From: Acaryochloridaceae cyanobacterium VAR_48_metabat_390
GTDB taxonomy: Bacteria > Cyanobacteriota > Cyanobacteriia > Thermosynechococcales > Thermosynechococcaceae
Direction of reading: 5' to 3'
Length of the DNA stretch: 64,000 nt
Assembly (NCBI GenBank): GCA_031422435.1
Contig: JANPLU010000068.1
Location: forward strand, 1 to 64,000
This document shows, piece by piece, positions 49,676-59,710 of this stretch; the stretch's first letter is position 1, and each line of letters starts with the position of its first letter. A program made the position numbers and the translations under genes. The notes beneath the pieces were generated by a model, which saw nothing but the letters and a program-made list of their open reading frames with translations, did no database searches and was not told where the DNA came from.

Positions 49676-49948
49676 AGGTGGGGAATTGAACTCGTCGAAA
49701 CATCAGCGAACTAAAACTCTAGATTGGCGTTAAATCTCTTGAAACGCGATTGGGCGCATTACTTCAGCGCAACAATGTCGCTGAATCGCTTAACCATGAG
49801 CGAATCGTGGTGGACTCAATGAGCAGGAAAGCCTGTCATAATTTAAGAGGGGTAGCAATGCTATGTAGATCATTCCCCCAATTGACAGCAAACATTTCAT
49901 TTGAAATGGAAAAGTTAAAGTTTAGGCTAGGAGCAGCGCTTAACGTTT

Positions 49949-50233
49949 ATGACAAGAGCAATTTGGCACGATACCGTATTGGCTGAGAGCGATCGCTGTG
50001 AAATTGTAGAAGGGAACTACTACTTCCCTGCTGACGCCATCAACAAAGACTATTTTCAGCCCAGTGCCACCCACACGACGTGCCCCTGGAAAGGGGTTGC
50101 AAGCTACTACAGCATTACGGTAGATGGCAAGGTAAATCCAGACGCAGCCTGGTACTATCCTCAGGCGAAGGACGCAGCCAAAAATATTGAGGGCTACATT
50201 GCGTTCTGGCGAGGGGTGCAGGTTAGTCCCTAG
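49949..50233 (+). CDS. DUF427 domain protein
   Basis: VEGNYYFP, TCPWKG.ASYY, AAWYYP. Confidence 0.9.
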   Translation: MTRAIWHDTVLAESDRCEIVEGNYYFPADAINKDYFQPSATHTTCPWKGVASYYSITVDGKVNPDAAWYYPQAKDAAKNIEGYIAFWRGVQVSP

Positions 50234-50366
50234 GCCACCAAAAGGTAAACACCCAAAAGTCAACAAATGTATCATTCGCGCTGGCATTCTCTTACAGAGT
50301 GTCCCCTCGGTTCTGTAAGCTGAGAAAAGTGTTTTAAGCTCTCTATCTTCATTAGTCGTTGTTGCC

Positions 50367-51338
50367 ATGTCTGCCGCTGTTGTGACCGCTCCTCGCACCA
50401 TTCGTCTTGCCTCTCGCAAAAGCCAGTTGGCGCTGGTTCAAACCCACTGGGTTCAGGGAGAGTTTCAGCGGCTCTATCCAGATCGCACCTTTGAAGTGGT
50501 GACGATGACTACCCAGGGTGACAACATTTTGGATGTAGCACTTGCCAAAATTGGAGATAAGGGGCTTTTTACCAAAGAATTAGAGCTATCTATGCTGCGG
50601 CAAGATACAGACTTTGCGGTACATTCTCTTAAAGATCTGCCTACTCATCTTCCCGAAGGGCTAATGCTAGGGTGCATTACCGAGCGCGAAAACCCTGCCG
50701 ATGCGTTAGTGGTGCATCCAAAATGCAAAGATTACCAAATTGATACGCTGCCTGCGGGTACGGTAATTGGCACGTCTTCTCTACGGCGGCTGGCGCAACT
50801 ACGGCACCACTTCCCCCACCTTGAGTTTAAGGATGTGCGGGGCAACCTCAATACCCGTCTCCAAAAGCTCGACAATGGTGAGTATGATGCCCTGATTTTG
50901 GCCTACGCTGGGCTGCATCGTCTGGGGTTTGGCGATCGCATTCATCAGGTCATCCCGTCCGAGATTTCGCTCCATGCGGTCGGGCAAGGTGCGCTAGGCA
51001 TTGAGTGCCGCACCAATGACCCTGAAATTTTAGAGATACTCAAAAAGCTTGAGCATACGCCAACCGCCCAGCGCTGCTTAGCCGAGCGATCCTTTTTGCG
51101 AGAACTAGAGGGCGGCTGTCAGGTGCCGATTGGGGTCAATACAGCCATTGAGGATGGTCAGCTTACCATGACGGGCATGGTGGCGAGTTTAGATGGCCTG
51201 CGTCTGATTAAAGATATCGTTGTGGGTGCAGCCACTACAGCAGAAGACTTAGGCATTGAGTTGGCGAACAAGCTAAAAGCGCAGGGCGCACAAGAAATTC
51301 TCAACGAAATTATTGCCGAATTTCGACCTGAAGCCTAA
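50367..51338 (+). CDS. hemC: Hydroxymethylbilane synthase
   Basis: [40 protein letters not shown]. Confidence 0.97.
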   Translation: MSAAVVTAPRTIRLASRKSQLALVQTHWVQGEFQRLYPDRTFEVVTMTTQGDNILDVALAKIGDKGLFTKELELSMLRQDTDFAVHSLKDLPTHLPEGLMLGCITERENPADALVVHPKCKDYQIDTLPAGTVIGTSSLRRLAQLRHHFPHLEFKDVRGNLNTRLQKLDNGEYDALILAYAGLHRLGFGDRIHQVIPSEISLHAVGQGALGIECRTNDPEILEILKKLEHTPTAQRCLAERSFLRELEGGCQVPIGVNTAIEDGQLTMTGMVASLDGLRLIKDIVVGAATTAEDLGIELANKLKAQGAQEILNEIIAEFRPEA

Positions 51339-51404
51339 TCTCCCGTTGGGGCACAAGGTATATGCACCCTCTTCTACTACTTCACTTTAACGGAGGTAAA
51401 CCTT

Positions 51405-52112
51405 ATGCTGACAGTCCGTCCTTCTGAAGAACGCGGTGCTGCCACACTCGATTGGCTTGACAGTCGGCATACGTTTTCTTTTAGCAGCTACTACGACCCT
51501 CAACATATTAGCTTTGGCCCCTTGCGGGTTATCAACGAAGATATTGTCCAGCCTGCCAAAGGGTTTGGTACCCACGGTCATAAGGACATGGAGATTATTA
51601 CTTATGTTTTAGAAGGTGAACTGGAGCATAAGGATAGTCTGGGCAATGGATCGGGGATGCGCTACGGGGACGTGCAGCGCATGTCTGCGGGTACCGGAAT
51701 TCAGCACAGTGAGTTCAACCCGTCTGCTACAAACCCTGTTCACTTACTTCAGATCTGGATTTTGCCAGGACAACAGGGACTTGCGCCCAGCTATGAGCAG
51801 ACGACTTTTGCGGAAGCGGAAAAATGCGATCGCCTCTGCCTAATTGGATCCCCTAATGGGCGAGAGGGTTCTGTCACTATTCATCAAGACGTGAATTTGT
51901 ATGCAGCGGTTTTGCAGCAGGGTACCAGCATAAGTCACACCCTGGCAACGAACAGAATTGCTTGGCTTCAGGTGGCACGGGGCGCTGTGGCGCTTAACGG
52001 TCAGACCTTGGTAGCGGGGGATGGCGTAGCGATTGCTCAGGTCGATAGTCTAAAGATCCAAAACGGTGAAACTGCTTCAGCAGAAGTGTTGCTTTTTGAT
52101 ATGGCGGGTTAA
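51405..52112 (+). CDS. Pirin family protein
   Basis: [33 protein letters not shown]. Confidence 0.93.
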   Translation: MLTVRPSEERGAATLDWLDSRHTFSFSSYYDPQHISFGPLRVINEDIVQPAKGFGTHGHKDMEIITYVLEGELEHKDSLGNGSGMRYGDVQRMSAGTGIQHSEFNPSATNPVHLLQIWILPGQQGLAPSYEQTTFAEAEKCDRLCLIGSPNGREGSVTIHQDVNLYAAVLQQGTSISHTLATNRIAWLQVARGAVALNGQTLVAGDGVAIAQVDSLKIQNGETASAEVLLFDMAG

Positions 52113-52373
52113 CTACGCATTTTCTTGAAGCTGCTTGATGAGCCAGTCTTCTACCGCCTGACCATCTCTGCGCTGTAGCTCCGTTTTAATCAGAAACGGC
52201 AGCTCAGAGCCAGCGGGTGCAGCCTCTCGGTTAAACGAAATCTTATAGTTCTGCGGGTTTTCGCCCCGCTCCATCAGCCACTGCTCTACCTTAGCGGTTG
52301 CAAAAAACGACTGCCCGTCCTTAAACAGACGGGTAATTTGCAGTTCTAAAGAATAGGGACTAAACCGAGCCAT
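52113..52373 (-). CDS. Hypothetical protein
   Basis: 86-aa ORF with GGAGG RBS upstream. Confidence 0.7.
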   Translation of the reverse strand: MARFSPYSLELQITRLFKDGQSFFATAKVEQWLMERGENPQNYKISFNREAAPAGSELPFLIKTELQRRDGQAVEDWLIKQLQENA

Positions 52374-52393
52374 TACAACCTCCTGTGATCAAT

Positions 52394-52810
52394 TCATTCA
52401 CCAGAAACGTGAATAACGACTTCACGCAAAGAGCCATGCTGCCGATGCTCCCATAGATAGATCCCCTGCCAAGTGCCTAACACTAAACGACATCCATTCA
52501 CCGGAATTTGTTCTGAGGTATGGGTGAGCACCGTTCGGATATGGGCAGGCATATCATCTGAGCCTTCAGTCCTGTGGCGGTAGTATGCCCCTTCAGGAAT
52601 CAGCTTCGCTAAAAAGGTTTCTAAATCTGCTAACACATCTGGGTCAGCATTCTCTTGAATGATGAGGCTAGCAGAGGTATGCCGTAGAAACAGAGCGCAC
52701 AACCCAGTTTTAATCCCCGACTTCAAGACCGCATCTTGAACCTGCCGAGTAATATTGCTGAGAGATTTGCCGTTTGTCTTAACCTGAAGTAGCTGCTGCC
52801 GATGAGCCAT
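52394..52810 (-). CDS. yjbQ: YjbQ/UPF0047 family protein
   Basis: HTSASL.IQENADPDV, DDMPAH, LGTWQGIYLWEHR. Confidence 0.92.
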   Translation of the reverse strand: MAHRQQLLQVKTNGKSLSNITRQVQDAVLKSGIKTGLCALFLRHTSASLIIQENADPDVLADLETFLAKLIPEGAYYRHRTEGSDDMPAHIRTVLTHTSEQIPVNGCRLVLGTWQGIYLWEHRQHGSLREVVIHVSGE

Positions 52811-53321
52811 AACGAACAATACAGCATGAGGAGGATCAACACGATACTCAATTATTTCATGCCTGCAGTGCCCTTTCAATGAGAGATGTCAGGTTCTCAG
52901 ACGAATTTCTTTCATCCTCTCAGGACTCAGAGCCGCAGTCTCCTTTGAAGCAAAGTCTCTGGCGACTTTAAATCTTTTTGAGTTTTATAGATCCAATTTG
53001 AGTTTTACAGCGTAATTAGTTCATAGGATAGGCAATTTACACCTCTAAGGGTGAAATAGGGCCTCTCCCAGGGTGGGTGACAGATACACGCCGCTCTCTT
53101 GAGGCCAAGTAACGGTATGCACTCTGGGGGATGCAGCGCGAAGCGGGACAGTTTAATATGTGTCTTGCCGAGCAAAAATGGCTGTGACGCTAGTTCTGTT
53201 AGACAACAGCTAAAATCCTTACAGGGCAGGCTGTCTCGCCTTAAGTTGATACCCTGCACTCTGGGGCTTAAGAATAGCGCACGCAGTGATGAAGGTTAAA
53301 TCTCTAAATAAGGCTTTGATT

Positions 53322-54554
53322 ATGAATCGTAAATTCAAATATTTTCTCAAAAGCTTGAGAGAAAGGAAGAGTCTTCTGATAAAGACGTCCTCTCAAAACC
53401 TTACGGATATTTTTCGTAGGGCAGGGGCACTTTTGATTGCTTTACTCATTATATGGAATTATTCAATTCTTCCTGCCGAGGCTTCGGACCATCAAGATAC
53501 GACTTTTCTTGCTACTCAAAGGACGTCTGCTGACTTAACTGATCTATACCTGTTTGAAAGCCCTGCGAACCCGACACAGATGGTTCTGGCAATGGACTTT
53601 GATCCCCTCATTGCACGAGGTGAAATTCGACCCTTTGACCCTGGTGTTCTCTACCAATTTAAGATTGATAATACAGGAGATAATATTGAAGACTTAGTGC
53701 TTCAATTTATGGTGAACGGTCGGGGTAACAATCAAACCGTTTCAGTTTATGGCCCAGGGCGTCCCCTTCAGGTTGGCACTGAGTCACGACTGCTCAGAGA
53801 AGTGGGTAGAGGACCCATTAACAGGGTGTTTGCACCTGGCGGCGCTTTGAAAGTCTTTGTAGGCGATCGCAAAGATCCATTCTTTTTTGACCTAGAACGA
53901 TTCTTTAAAATCTTGCCGGATCGTAATTATTTAGTGCAGCCCAATCCTGCTCCACCCTTTACTGTTCTCTCATTCCGACCTCCTGGTCAAGCAAAAGACA
54001 CCCTTGCGCCTTTTAATGTTCATTCTATTGTGGTGGAGCTACCGAGAAGTCTTCTTGGCAGAGGGAAAATTGGAGCTTGGATAACCACTAGTGTTCAGTC
54101 TCCTAGACAAAGGGAAGGCGTTTACTCGCAAATTGAGCGATTAGCAGTTCCAGCGCTGAATGAATTATTTATGGACTTTAAAAGTCATAACGCCAGTAAT
54201 CTTAAGACTCCAACCCAAGATGCGTCTAATCAATCTGGGTTCATTCGCTCTTTTGTTCAAGCGATTGGGCGACCTAAAGGTATCGCAGATGCTGTAATAT
54301 CTGTGGCTATTCCAGATGTCATTAAAGCTGACCTTTCAAAGCAAAATGGCACCTATCTTGGTACACAGCTAACCCAAAATTTTGGGGGCAGACGTCCACA
54401 AGATGATGTCATTGATGTCACGGCCTCTGTTGTCTTTGGCGATGCGGTTACAGGCATTGAAGCTGGTGCAATTCCGGCGTTAACGAGCGACAATGTGGGA
54501 CCTAATAAGGCAAACTTTCGCAGCACTTTTCCTTATCTAGGCGACCCGCTCTAA
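53322..54554 (+). CDS. DUF4331 family exported protein
   Basis: Signal ending AEA-SDHQD, DLTDLYLF, YQFKIDN.GD, DPFFFD, GRRPQDDVID, FPYL. Start uncertain (53289/53322). Confidence 0.8.
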   Translation: MNRKFKYFLKSLRERKSLLIKTSSQNLTDIFRRAGALLIALLIIWNYSILPAEASDHQDTTFLATQRTSADLTDLYLFESPANPTQMVLAMDFDPLIARGEIRPFDPGVLYQFKIDNTGDNIEDLVLQFMVNGRGNNQTVSVYGPGRPLQVGTESRLLREVGRGPINRVFAPGGALKVFVGDRKDPFFFDLERFFKILPDRNYLVQPNPAPPFTVLSFRPPGQAKDTLAPFNVHSIVVELPRSLLGRGKIGAWITTSVQSPRQREGVYSQIERLAVPALNELFMDFKSHNASNLKTPTQDASNQSGFIRSFVQAIGRPKGIADAVISVAIPDVIKADLSKQNGTYLGTQLTQNFGGRRPQDDVIDVTASVVFGDAVTGIEAGAIPALTSDNVGPNKANFRSTFPYLGDPL

Positions 54555-54559
54555 AGCCT

Positions 54560-55945
54560 ATGAATGGGTACTGGCGAATCCTGCAATTGCTATTAATTCT
54601 GGTCTGTCTTTGCTTTGCGCTGGAGAATTCTTCTGCTTTGGCCTTGACGCGTAAAGAATCATTCTCTGCGGGTTTGATTCAAGCCGATAAGGCTTCAGAA
54701 CTGGTTTTTCCAGACTATTTACAGCGTTCCAGAATAATTAGCACCTATGAAGCAGAAATTCGTCAGTCTCCTGACTCCTCTTTGCTTTTGCGACTGCTGG
54801 CGGGGCAATACCTAAAGCGTTTTCGGGAACGCGCTGATGTGGAGGATTTATTGCGGGCAGAGCAGGCATCTCGTCAAGCACTCTCGCTTCAAAATGATCG
54901 AGATCGGTCATCCTCGATGATTTTAGCCTCCACTCTGTTGTCGCAGCATCGCTTTCAAGAAGCACTAGGGGCGATCGCGAAGGCTCAGAAGTTTGACCCA
55001 GATGATGTAAATCTTGTTGCTTTAAGCGCGTCGATTCAGATGGAGCTAGGGCACTACGAAGCAACCCATCATCTACTGCAAATGTTGACTCAGAAAACAG
55101 AGGACTCAGGGCACGATGCCGTTCTTGCACGTTATTTAGAGTTGACGGGGAACTTGGCGGAGGCTAGAGCGCTAATGAATTCAGCGATGCAGCAGATGGA
55201 CGCATTTTATTCAAATTCAGCCGAAACTCGGGCATGGTTTCATGTGCGGGCAGGGGATTTGTCCTTTGCAGCAGGGGAATTAAATCTTGCTGAACAACGC
55301 TATCAGGAAGCGCTTAACCTCTTTCCTCAGGATATTGCTGCTTTTACCGGACTCGCTCGGCTCTATGCCGCCCAACACCGCTGGCAGGACGCTTTAGATA
55401 TTGCCAATCGAGGCATTGAGTGGGTGCCGTTAGTAGAGATACTGGCCTACAAAGCTGATGCTCAAAAGGCATTGGGAGATTCTGAAGGGGTCATTGAAAC
55501 CGAGAGTCTTATAGAGGTGGTTGCGCGTTTGGGTAAGGTTCAGGGCATCTATGACCGAGCGTTGGCTATGTACTACGTTGATCATGGCATTCACATCCCT
55601 GAGGCGCTTGAGATTGCACGACGAGAGGTATTGGTGAGAGACGATATTTATGCAGAAGATACATTGGCTTGGGCTGCGGCAGCTAACCATCGGTGGAAAG
55701 AGGCGCAGCAAGCGGCAAAACGCGCTACTCAGCTTGGTACAGAAGATGCCTTAATTCTGTTTCATAGCGGCATCATTGCGCTGAACTGCGGCGATCGCCC
55801 CTCAGCCTTTGAGCATCTAACCCAAGCCCTGAAGCTGAACCCTCAATTTCATCATCGGTATGCAGAAGAAGCCCGTCAGGCATTGTCGAGCCTAGCGTCT
55901 GTTTCTGCTCAACCGAACCGCTTAACATCTTCTTATCATTCCTGA
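54560..55945 (+). CDS. Exported tetratricopeptide repeat protein
   Basis: Signal peptide, repeated TPR helices, RDDIYAEDTLAW. Confidence 0.85.
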   Translation: MNGYWRILQLLLILVCLCFALENSSALALTRKESFSAGLIQADKASELVFPDYLQRSRIISTYEAEIRQSPDSSLLLRLLAGQYLKRFRERADVEDLLRAEQASRQALSLQNDRDRSSSMILASTLLSQHRFQEALGAIAKAQKFDPDDVNLVALSASIQMELGHYEATHHLLQMLTQKTEDSGHDAVLARYLELTGNLAEARALMNSAMQQMDAFYSNSAETRAWFHVRAGDLSFAAGELNLAEQRYQEALNLFPQDIAAFTGLARLYAAQHRWQDALDIANRGIEWVPLVEILAYKADAQKALGDSEGVIETESLIEVVARLGKVQGIYDRALAMYYVDHGIHIPEALEIARREVLVRDDIYAEDTLAWAAAANHRWKEAQQAAKRATQLGTEDALILFHSGIIALNCGDRPSAFEHLTQALKLNPQFHHRYAEEARQALSSLASVSAQPNRLTSSYHS

Positions 55946-55964
55946 TCAGAGTGAGAACTCCGCT

Positions 55965-57566
55965 ATGAGAATTCTGCTGCACAGCTCTACCTGGATCATT
56001 TTTTTTACGGTGTTATTTGGATTTTGGACGCCTTCTGCAGAGGCTCATCCTTTAGGAAATTTTACGATTAACCAGTATTCAGGGCTACAGGTTTCCCGTG
56101 AGGGTTTAGGTATTGACTACGTGCTGGATATGGCTGAGATTCCCGCCTTTCAGGCCATAAACCGGATGGACGTCAATCATAACCGTCAGCCTGACCCAGC
56201 CGAAATCATCGGTTATCCCGAAGCTAAATGTCAGGAAGTCGTCTCCAATCTCAGCTTAAGCATTGATCGGCAGCCAGTACCGCTTTCAGTAAAACGCTCG
56301 ACCGTCGAATTCCCACCGGGTGTAGGTGGATTAGCCACTTTACGCCTTACCTGCGCATTAGAGGACAAAACGTTTGTCGTCGGTACCCATCAAATCATTG
56401 AATTTGAAAACAAGCTTTACCCTGAGCGTCTCGGTTGGCAAGAGATGACCGTTGCGGCGAAGGATGTCTCCATTCAAGGAGACTTTAAGACGGAGAGCAT
56501 TACAAAGCGTCTAACTGACTACCCTACCGATCTCCTGAGCAGTCCTCTTAACCAGCGTCAGCTTTCTGTTGACGTTAATCCACTTCAGACGCTGAGTCCA
56601 CAGCAGAAATTTTCTCCAAAATTATCGAGGGTTTGGGGCGCTGCAATCTTAGATCGAGGAAATAATGCGTTCACGAGCCTAATCACGCAAGAGAACCTTA
56701 CTGTTTCGACTGTTTTGATCGCGCTGCTTACTGCCTTTATTTGGGGTGGGTTTCACGCTTTATCACCAGGACACGGTAAGACCATTGTTGGCAGTTATTT
56801 AGTGGGTTCTCGGGGCACGATTAAACATGCTCTTTTTCTAGGTTTAACGGTAACAATTACCCATACGGCTGGCATTTTTGCATTGGGGTTAGTCATGTTA
56901 AGCACCTCTCAATTTCTCTTAACAGAGCAGCTTTATCCCTGGTTAAGTTTACTGTCGGGTTTATTAGTAACGGGGATTGGGTTAAATATCTTGATACGTC
57001 GATTGAAGGGTTCCCCAATTTTTCAGAACTGGATCTTAACGAAGAAGATGCCTAAACATGATTTAGCTTTTTCTGCTCAGCCTATGAGCTTAATTGACAG
57101 TCATCAATCCATCACCGATATTGCTGATTCTGTTCACAGTCATGACCATCATCATCATCACCACCATAGCCATGAACATCATCACTCCAATCACGGGCAC
57201 CCCCACAGACATCATTCTCATCTGCCGCCACTTGGCACCGATGAAGCTCCCGTCACCTGGTCTAGTTTGTTAGCCCTAGGAATTTCAGGAGGGCTATTGC
57301 CTTGTCCGTCAGCGTTGGTGGTGTTACTCAGTGCGATCGCCTTAGGTCGAACTGGCTTTGGACTCTTGCTAGTCTCTGCTTTTAGCCTAGGACTTGCTGG
57401 GGTTCTGACCGGGATTGGTTTGCTTCTAATCTATGCTAAACAGCGATTTGAGCAAATGCCGATTCAGCTCCCTGGCAGCACTTTATTTCCTTCTATCAGC
57501 GCTCTATGCATCACCTTACTGGGGATAGGAATCGCAGTAAACGCGGTTCCTCTCGCTATTTTCTAG
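55965..57566 (+). CDS. NicO/RcnA-type Ni/Co transporter with N-terminal periplasmic domain and His-rich loop
   Basis: AEAHPLGNFTIN, HALSPGHGKT, TITHTAG, HSHDHHHHHHHSHEHHH, GLLPCPSAL. Confidence 0.88.
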   Translation: MRILLHSSTWIIFFTVLFGFWTPSAEAHPLGNFTINQYSGLQVSREGLGIDYVLDMAEIPAFQAINRMDVNHNRQPDPAEIIGYPEAKCQEVVSNLSLSIDRQPVPLSVKRSTVEFPPGVGGLATLRLTCALEDKTFVVGTHQIIEFENKLYPERLGWQEMTVAAKDVSIQGDFKTESITKRLTDYPTDLLSSPLNQRQLSVDVNPLQTLSPQQKFSPKLSRVWGAAILDRGNNAFTSLITQENLTVSTVLIALLTAFIWGGFHALSPGHGKTIVGSYLVGSRGTIKHALFLGLTVTITHTAGIFALGLVMLSTSQFLLTEQLYPWLSLLSGLLVTGIGLNILIRRLKGSPIFQNWILTKKMPKHDLAFSAQPMSLIDSHQSITDIADSVHSHDHHHHHHHSHEHHHSNHGHPHRHHSHLPPLGTDEAPVTWSSLLALGISGGLLPCPSALVVLLSAIALGRTGFGLLLVSAFSLGLAGVLTGIGLLLIYAKQRFEQMPIQLPGSTLFPSISALCITLLGIGIAVNAVPLAIF

Positions 57567-57623
57567 ATCCGCAAGACTCTAAAAAATAGCTGAACTTTAA
57601 AAACCTATACTGGAGAAACCAAA

Positions 57624-57734
57624 ATGAAAAAATTTAGCCTATTCTTCGCTATAACAGCGCTAAGCATCATTGGTTACTTTGAAATTAGCGTGTTTCAAGC
57701 CGAAAGACTTTTTTGGCTACAGTTAAGTCTGTAG
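57624..57734 (+). CDS. 36-aa hydrophobic small protein
   Basis: GGAG RBS, then MKKFSLFFAITALSIIGYFEISVFQAERLFWLQLSL*. Not in the ORF track. Confidence 0.45.
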   Translation: MKKFSLFFAITALSIIGYFEISVFQAERLFWLQLSL

Positions 57735-57900
57735 TAAAAATTTTAGATATAGGAGGAATATGAAATAATTATACCTGTTGAATAAATCGTGAAGGTAAGA
57801 TTCTCAATTCTGTATTTTGCCGATCAGGCCTTGCTCAGTTTCTTGAGCACTGAAAGGATGTTGAAGTCGTAATTAATTAAATTGTGAGTGAGTATTAATC

Positions 57901-59520
57901 ATGAAAAAATCATTTTTGCTAGCTGGAACCTTGAGTTCTCTGAGTTTTGCTGTACTGAGCCTTGGATCACTAGGGCGTCCTGCCTTAGCCGAAGCGCTTA
58001 ACCCTGCGGATCAGGTCATGTCTACATCAGAGCAAGATGCAGACATCGGTCAGGTTACGTCCGTTTCTCAGCTTTCCGATGTTCAGCCCACCGACTGGGC
58101 GTTTCAGGCGCTGCAATCCTTGGTTGAGCGCTACGGCTGTATCGCAGGGTATCCTGACGGCACCTTTAGAGGGAATCGTGCTGCTACCCGCTATGAGCTA
58201 GCCGCTGCGCTTAATGCCTGCTTAGACCAAATTAGCGACAGATTTGCCAACAAAGAAGACTTAGCAACCGTCAAAGCACTGCAAGAGGAATTTAAAACAG
58301 AACTTGCTACCCTTAAGGGTCGCGTGGATGGACTTGAAGCCCGCACCAAAACCCTTGAAGCCCAACAGTTCTCTACCACCACTAAACTTCAGGGAGAAGT
58401 GGTGATGGCGGTCCAGTATGGTGGCGACACCGTTGATAGGCGCTTTGGTGCTCCTATCAATGTAGATAGCCGCGCTACGGCGCTCGCCAGAGTTCGCCTC
58501 AACTTCAACACTAGTTTTAGCGGGAGTGATCTGCTGCAAACTCAGCTAGAAGTAGGCAATGGCGGCAGCGACCTATTTGGTGCTAGAGACGGCAATGGCA
58601 ATCGCATTCTGGTTGACGATGGCAGATCACAGACGGGTTCTAACCTGTATGACAGCGGCATTATTGACTATGCTGGCGTCCCTAGCAATGTAACGCTGCG
58701 ACGCTTAGCGTACTCTTTTAAGCCATCTAAAAATCTGACACTCACCATTGGTCCGCGCCTATTTCCAAGCGATTTCGTTGACTTTAACAGCTATGCTAAT
58801 AACTCAGCCCAAGATTTTAGCTCTGGCTTCTTCATCAACAATCCTCTCATCATCAATAACCTCGTAGATGGGCCTGGCGGCGCAGGAGCCGCAGTCGATT
58901 GGAGGTTTGGTGGTGGCCCTATTAGCTTACGTGCAGCCTATGTAGCTGCAAACCCAACCAACTCTGTAGCAGCACCATTAAGCTTTGGTGGTGGACTTTT
59001 TGGCGACCCCTATCAAGCGACGGCTGAAGTGGAGTACGCGAAGACCTTTGGCGCTAGCAAAAAGAACAATTTTGCTGTGCGACTGCAATACACGCGTTCT
59101 TCTACCGAGGATTTTCATCAAAACGTCGTTGGCGTTAATACAGAACTCACCTTGGGTCGGTTTGGGGTGTTTGGTCGAGCCGGTTACTCGATTGACCCTC
59201 AGTTCATTAATGTTAGTGCAGGAAACATCATTACAAACGTTCCCATCGGCAAAAAAACGGACTACTTTCTGACCTGGCAAGCAGGCATTGGCATTAAGGA
59301 TGTCTTGGTTCCTGGCTCTCTCTTTGCGGTAGCCGCAGGTCAGCCATTTATTGTCAACAATCAAGCTGGACCTGAACAGTTCAATTTTGAAGGGTTCTAT
59401 CGCTTCCCTATTAATGACAACATCACGATTACACCAGCAGTGATGGTTATTACAGACGCCAACAATACTAAAAATGATGCTATTGTTCAGGGCGTAATTC
59501 GAGCAACGTTCTCATTTTAA
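57901..59520 (+). CDS. Cyanobacterial SLH-domain outer-membrane porin (OprB / iron-uptake porin family)
   Basis: QVTSVSQLSDVQPTDWAFQALQSLVERYGC, QQFSTTTKL.GE, terminal Phe (RATFSF). Confidence 0.93.
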   Translation: MKKSFLLAGTLSSLSFAVLSLGSLGRPALAEALNPADQVMSTSEQDADIGQVTSVSQLSDVQPTDWAFQALQSLVERYGCIAGYPDGTFRGNRAATRYELAAALNACLDQISDRFANKEDLATVKALQEEFKTELATLKGRVDGLEARTKTLEAQQFSTTTKLQGEVVMAVQYGGDTVDRRFGAPINVDSRATALARVRLNFNTSFSGSDLLQTQLEVGNGGSDLFGARDGNGNRILVDDGRSQTGSNLYDSGIIDYAGVPSNVTLRRLAYSFKPSKNLTLTIGPRLFPSDFVDFNSYANNSAQDFSSGFFINNPLIINNLVDGPGGAGAAVDWRFGGGPISLRAAYVAANPTNSVAAPLSFGGGLFGDPYQATAEVEYAKTFGASKKNNFAVRLQYTRSSTEDFHQNVVGVNTELTLGRFGVFGRAGYSIDPQFINVSAGNIITNVPIGKKTDYFLTWQAGIGIKDVLVPGSLFAVAAGQPFIVNNQAGPEQFNFEGFYRFPINDNITITPAVMVITDANNTKNDAIVQGVIRATFSF

Positions 59521-59528
59521 TAATGAGC

Positions 59529-59568
59529 ATTTTCAGGAGTTTTTAACGACTTAAAAACTCCTGAAAAT
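59529..59568. terminator. Porin terminator hairpin
   Basis: ATTTTCAGGAGTTTTTAA-cgac-TTAAAAACTCCTGAAAAT. Confidence 0.75.
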
Positions 59569-59710
59569 ATAAACTTGATAAACCTCTCCCTAGCCGAGAA
59601 TGCGCCGCTCATCCAAACGGACAGGACGCGGTAACCTTTGACGCTATTCACTGACTTTAAGGCTATTTAGTGTACTATTTTTCAGACTTTCGTTGAGAGG
59701 TATCCGGCAC

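Noticed and set aside
53005..53299. ORFs of 84 and 66 aa, and cobalamin-riboswitch or IscB omega-RNA identity for the region
   Set aside because: The peptides look non-coding. The B12-box and GGGAA/GCAACUG cores were not found, and no IscB/TnpB gene is adjacent.
57134..57220. CAT/CAC repeats as a microsatellite or CRISPR-like array
   Set aside because: They encode the His-rich loop of the transporter. No repeat-spacer structure was seen anywhere in the window.
57790..57808. Fur/Zur-like box upstream of the porin
   Set aside because: Only a half site (ATTCTCA) is present, with no convincing 7-1-7 palindrome.
59582..59701. ACCTCTC...GAGAGGT inverted pair as MITE ends
   Set aside because: Only 7 bp long, with no clear target duplication or internal repeat core.
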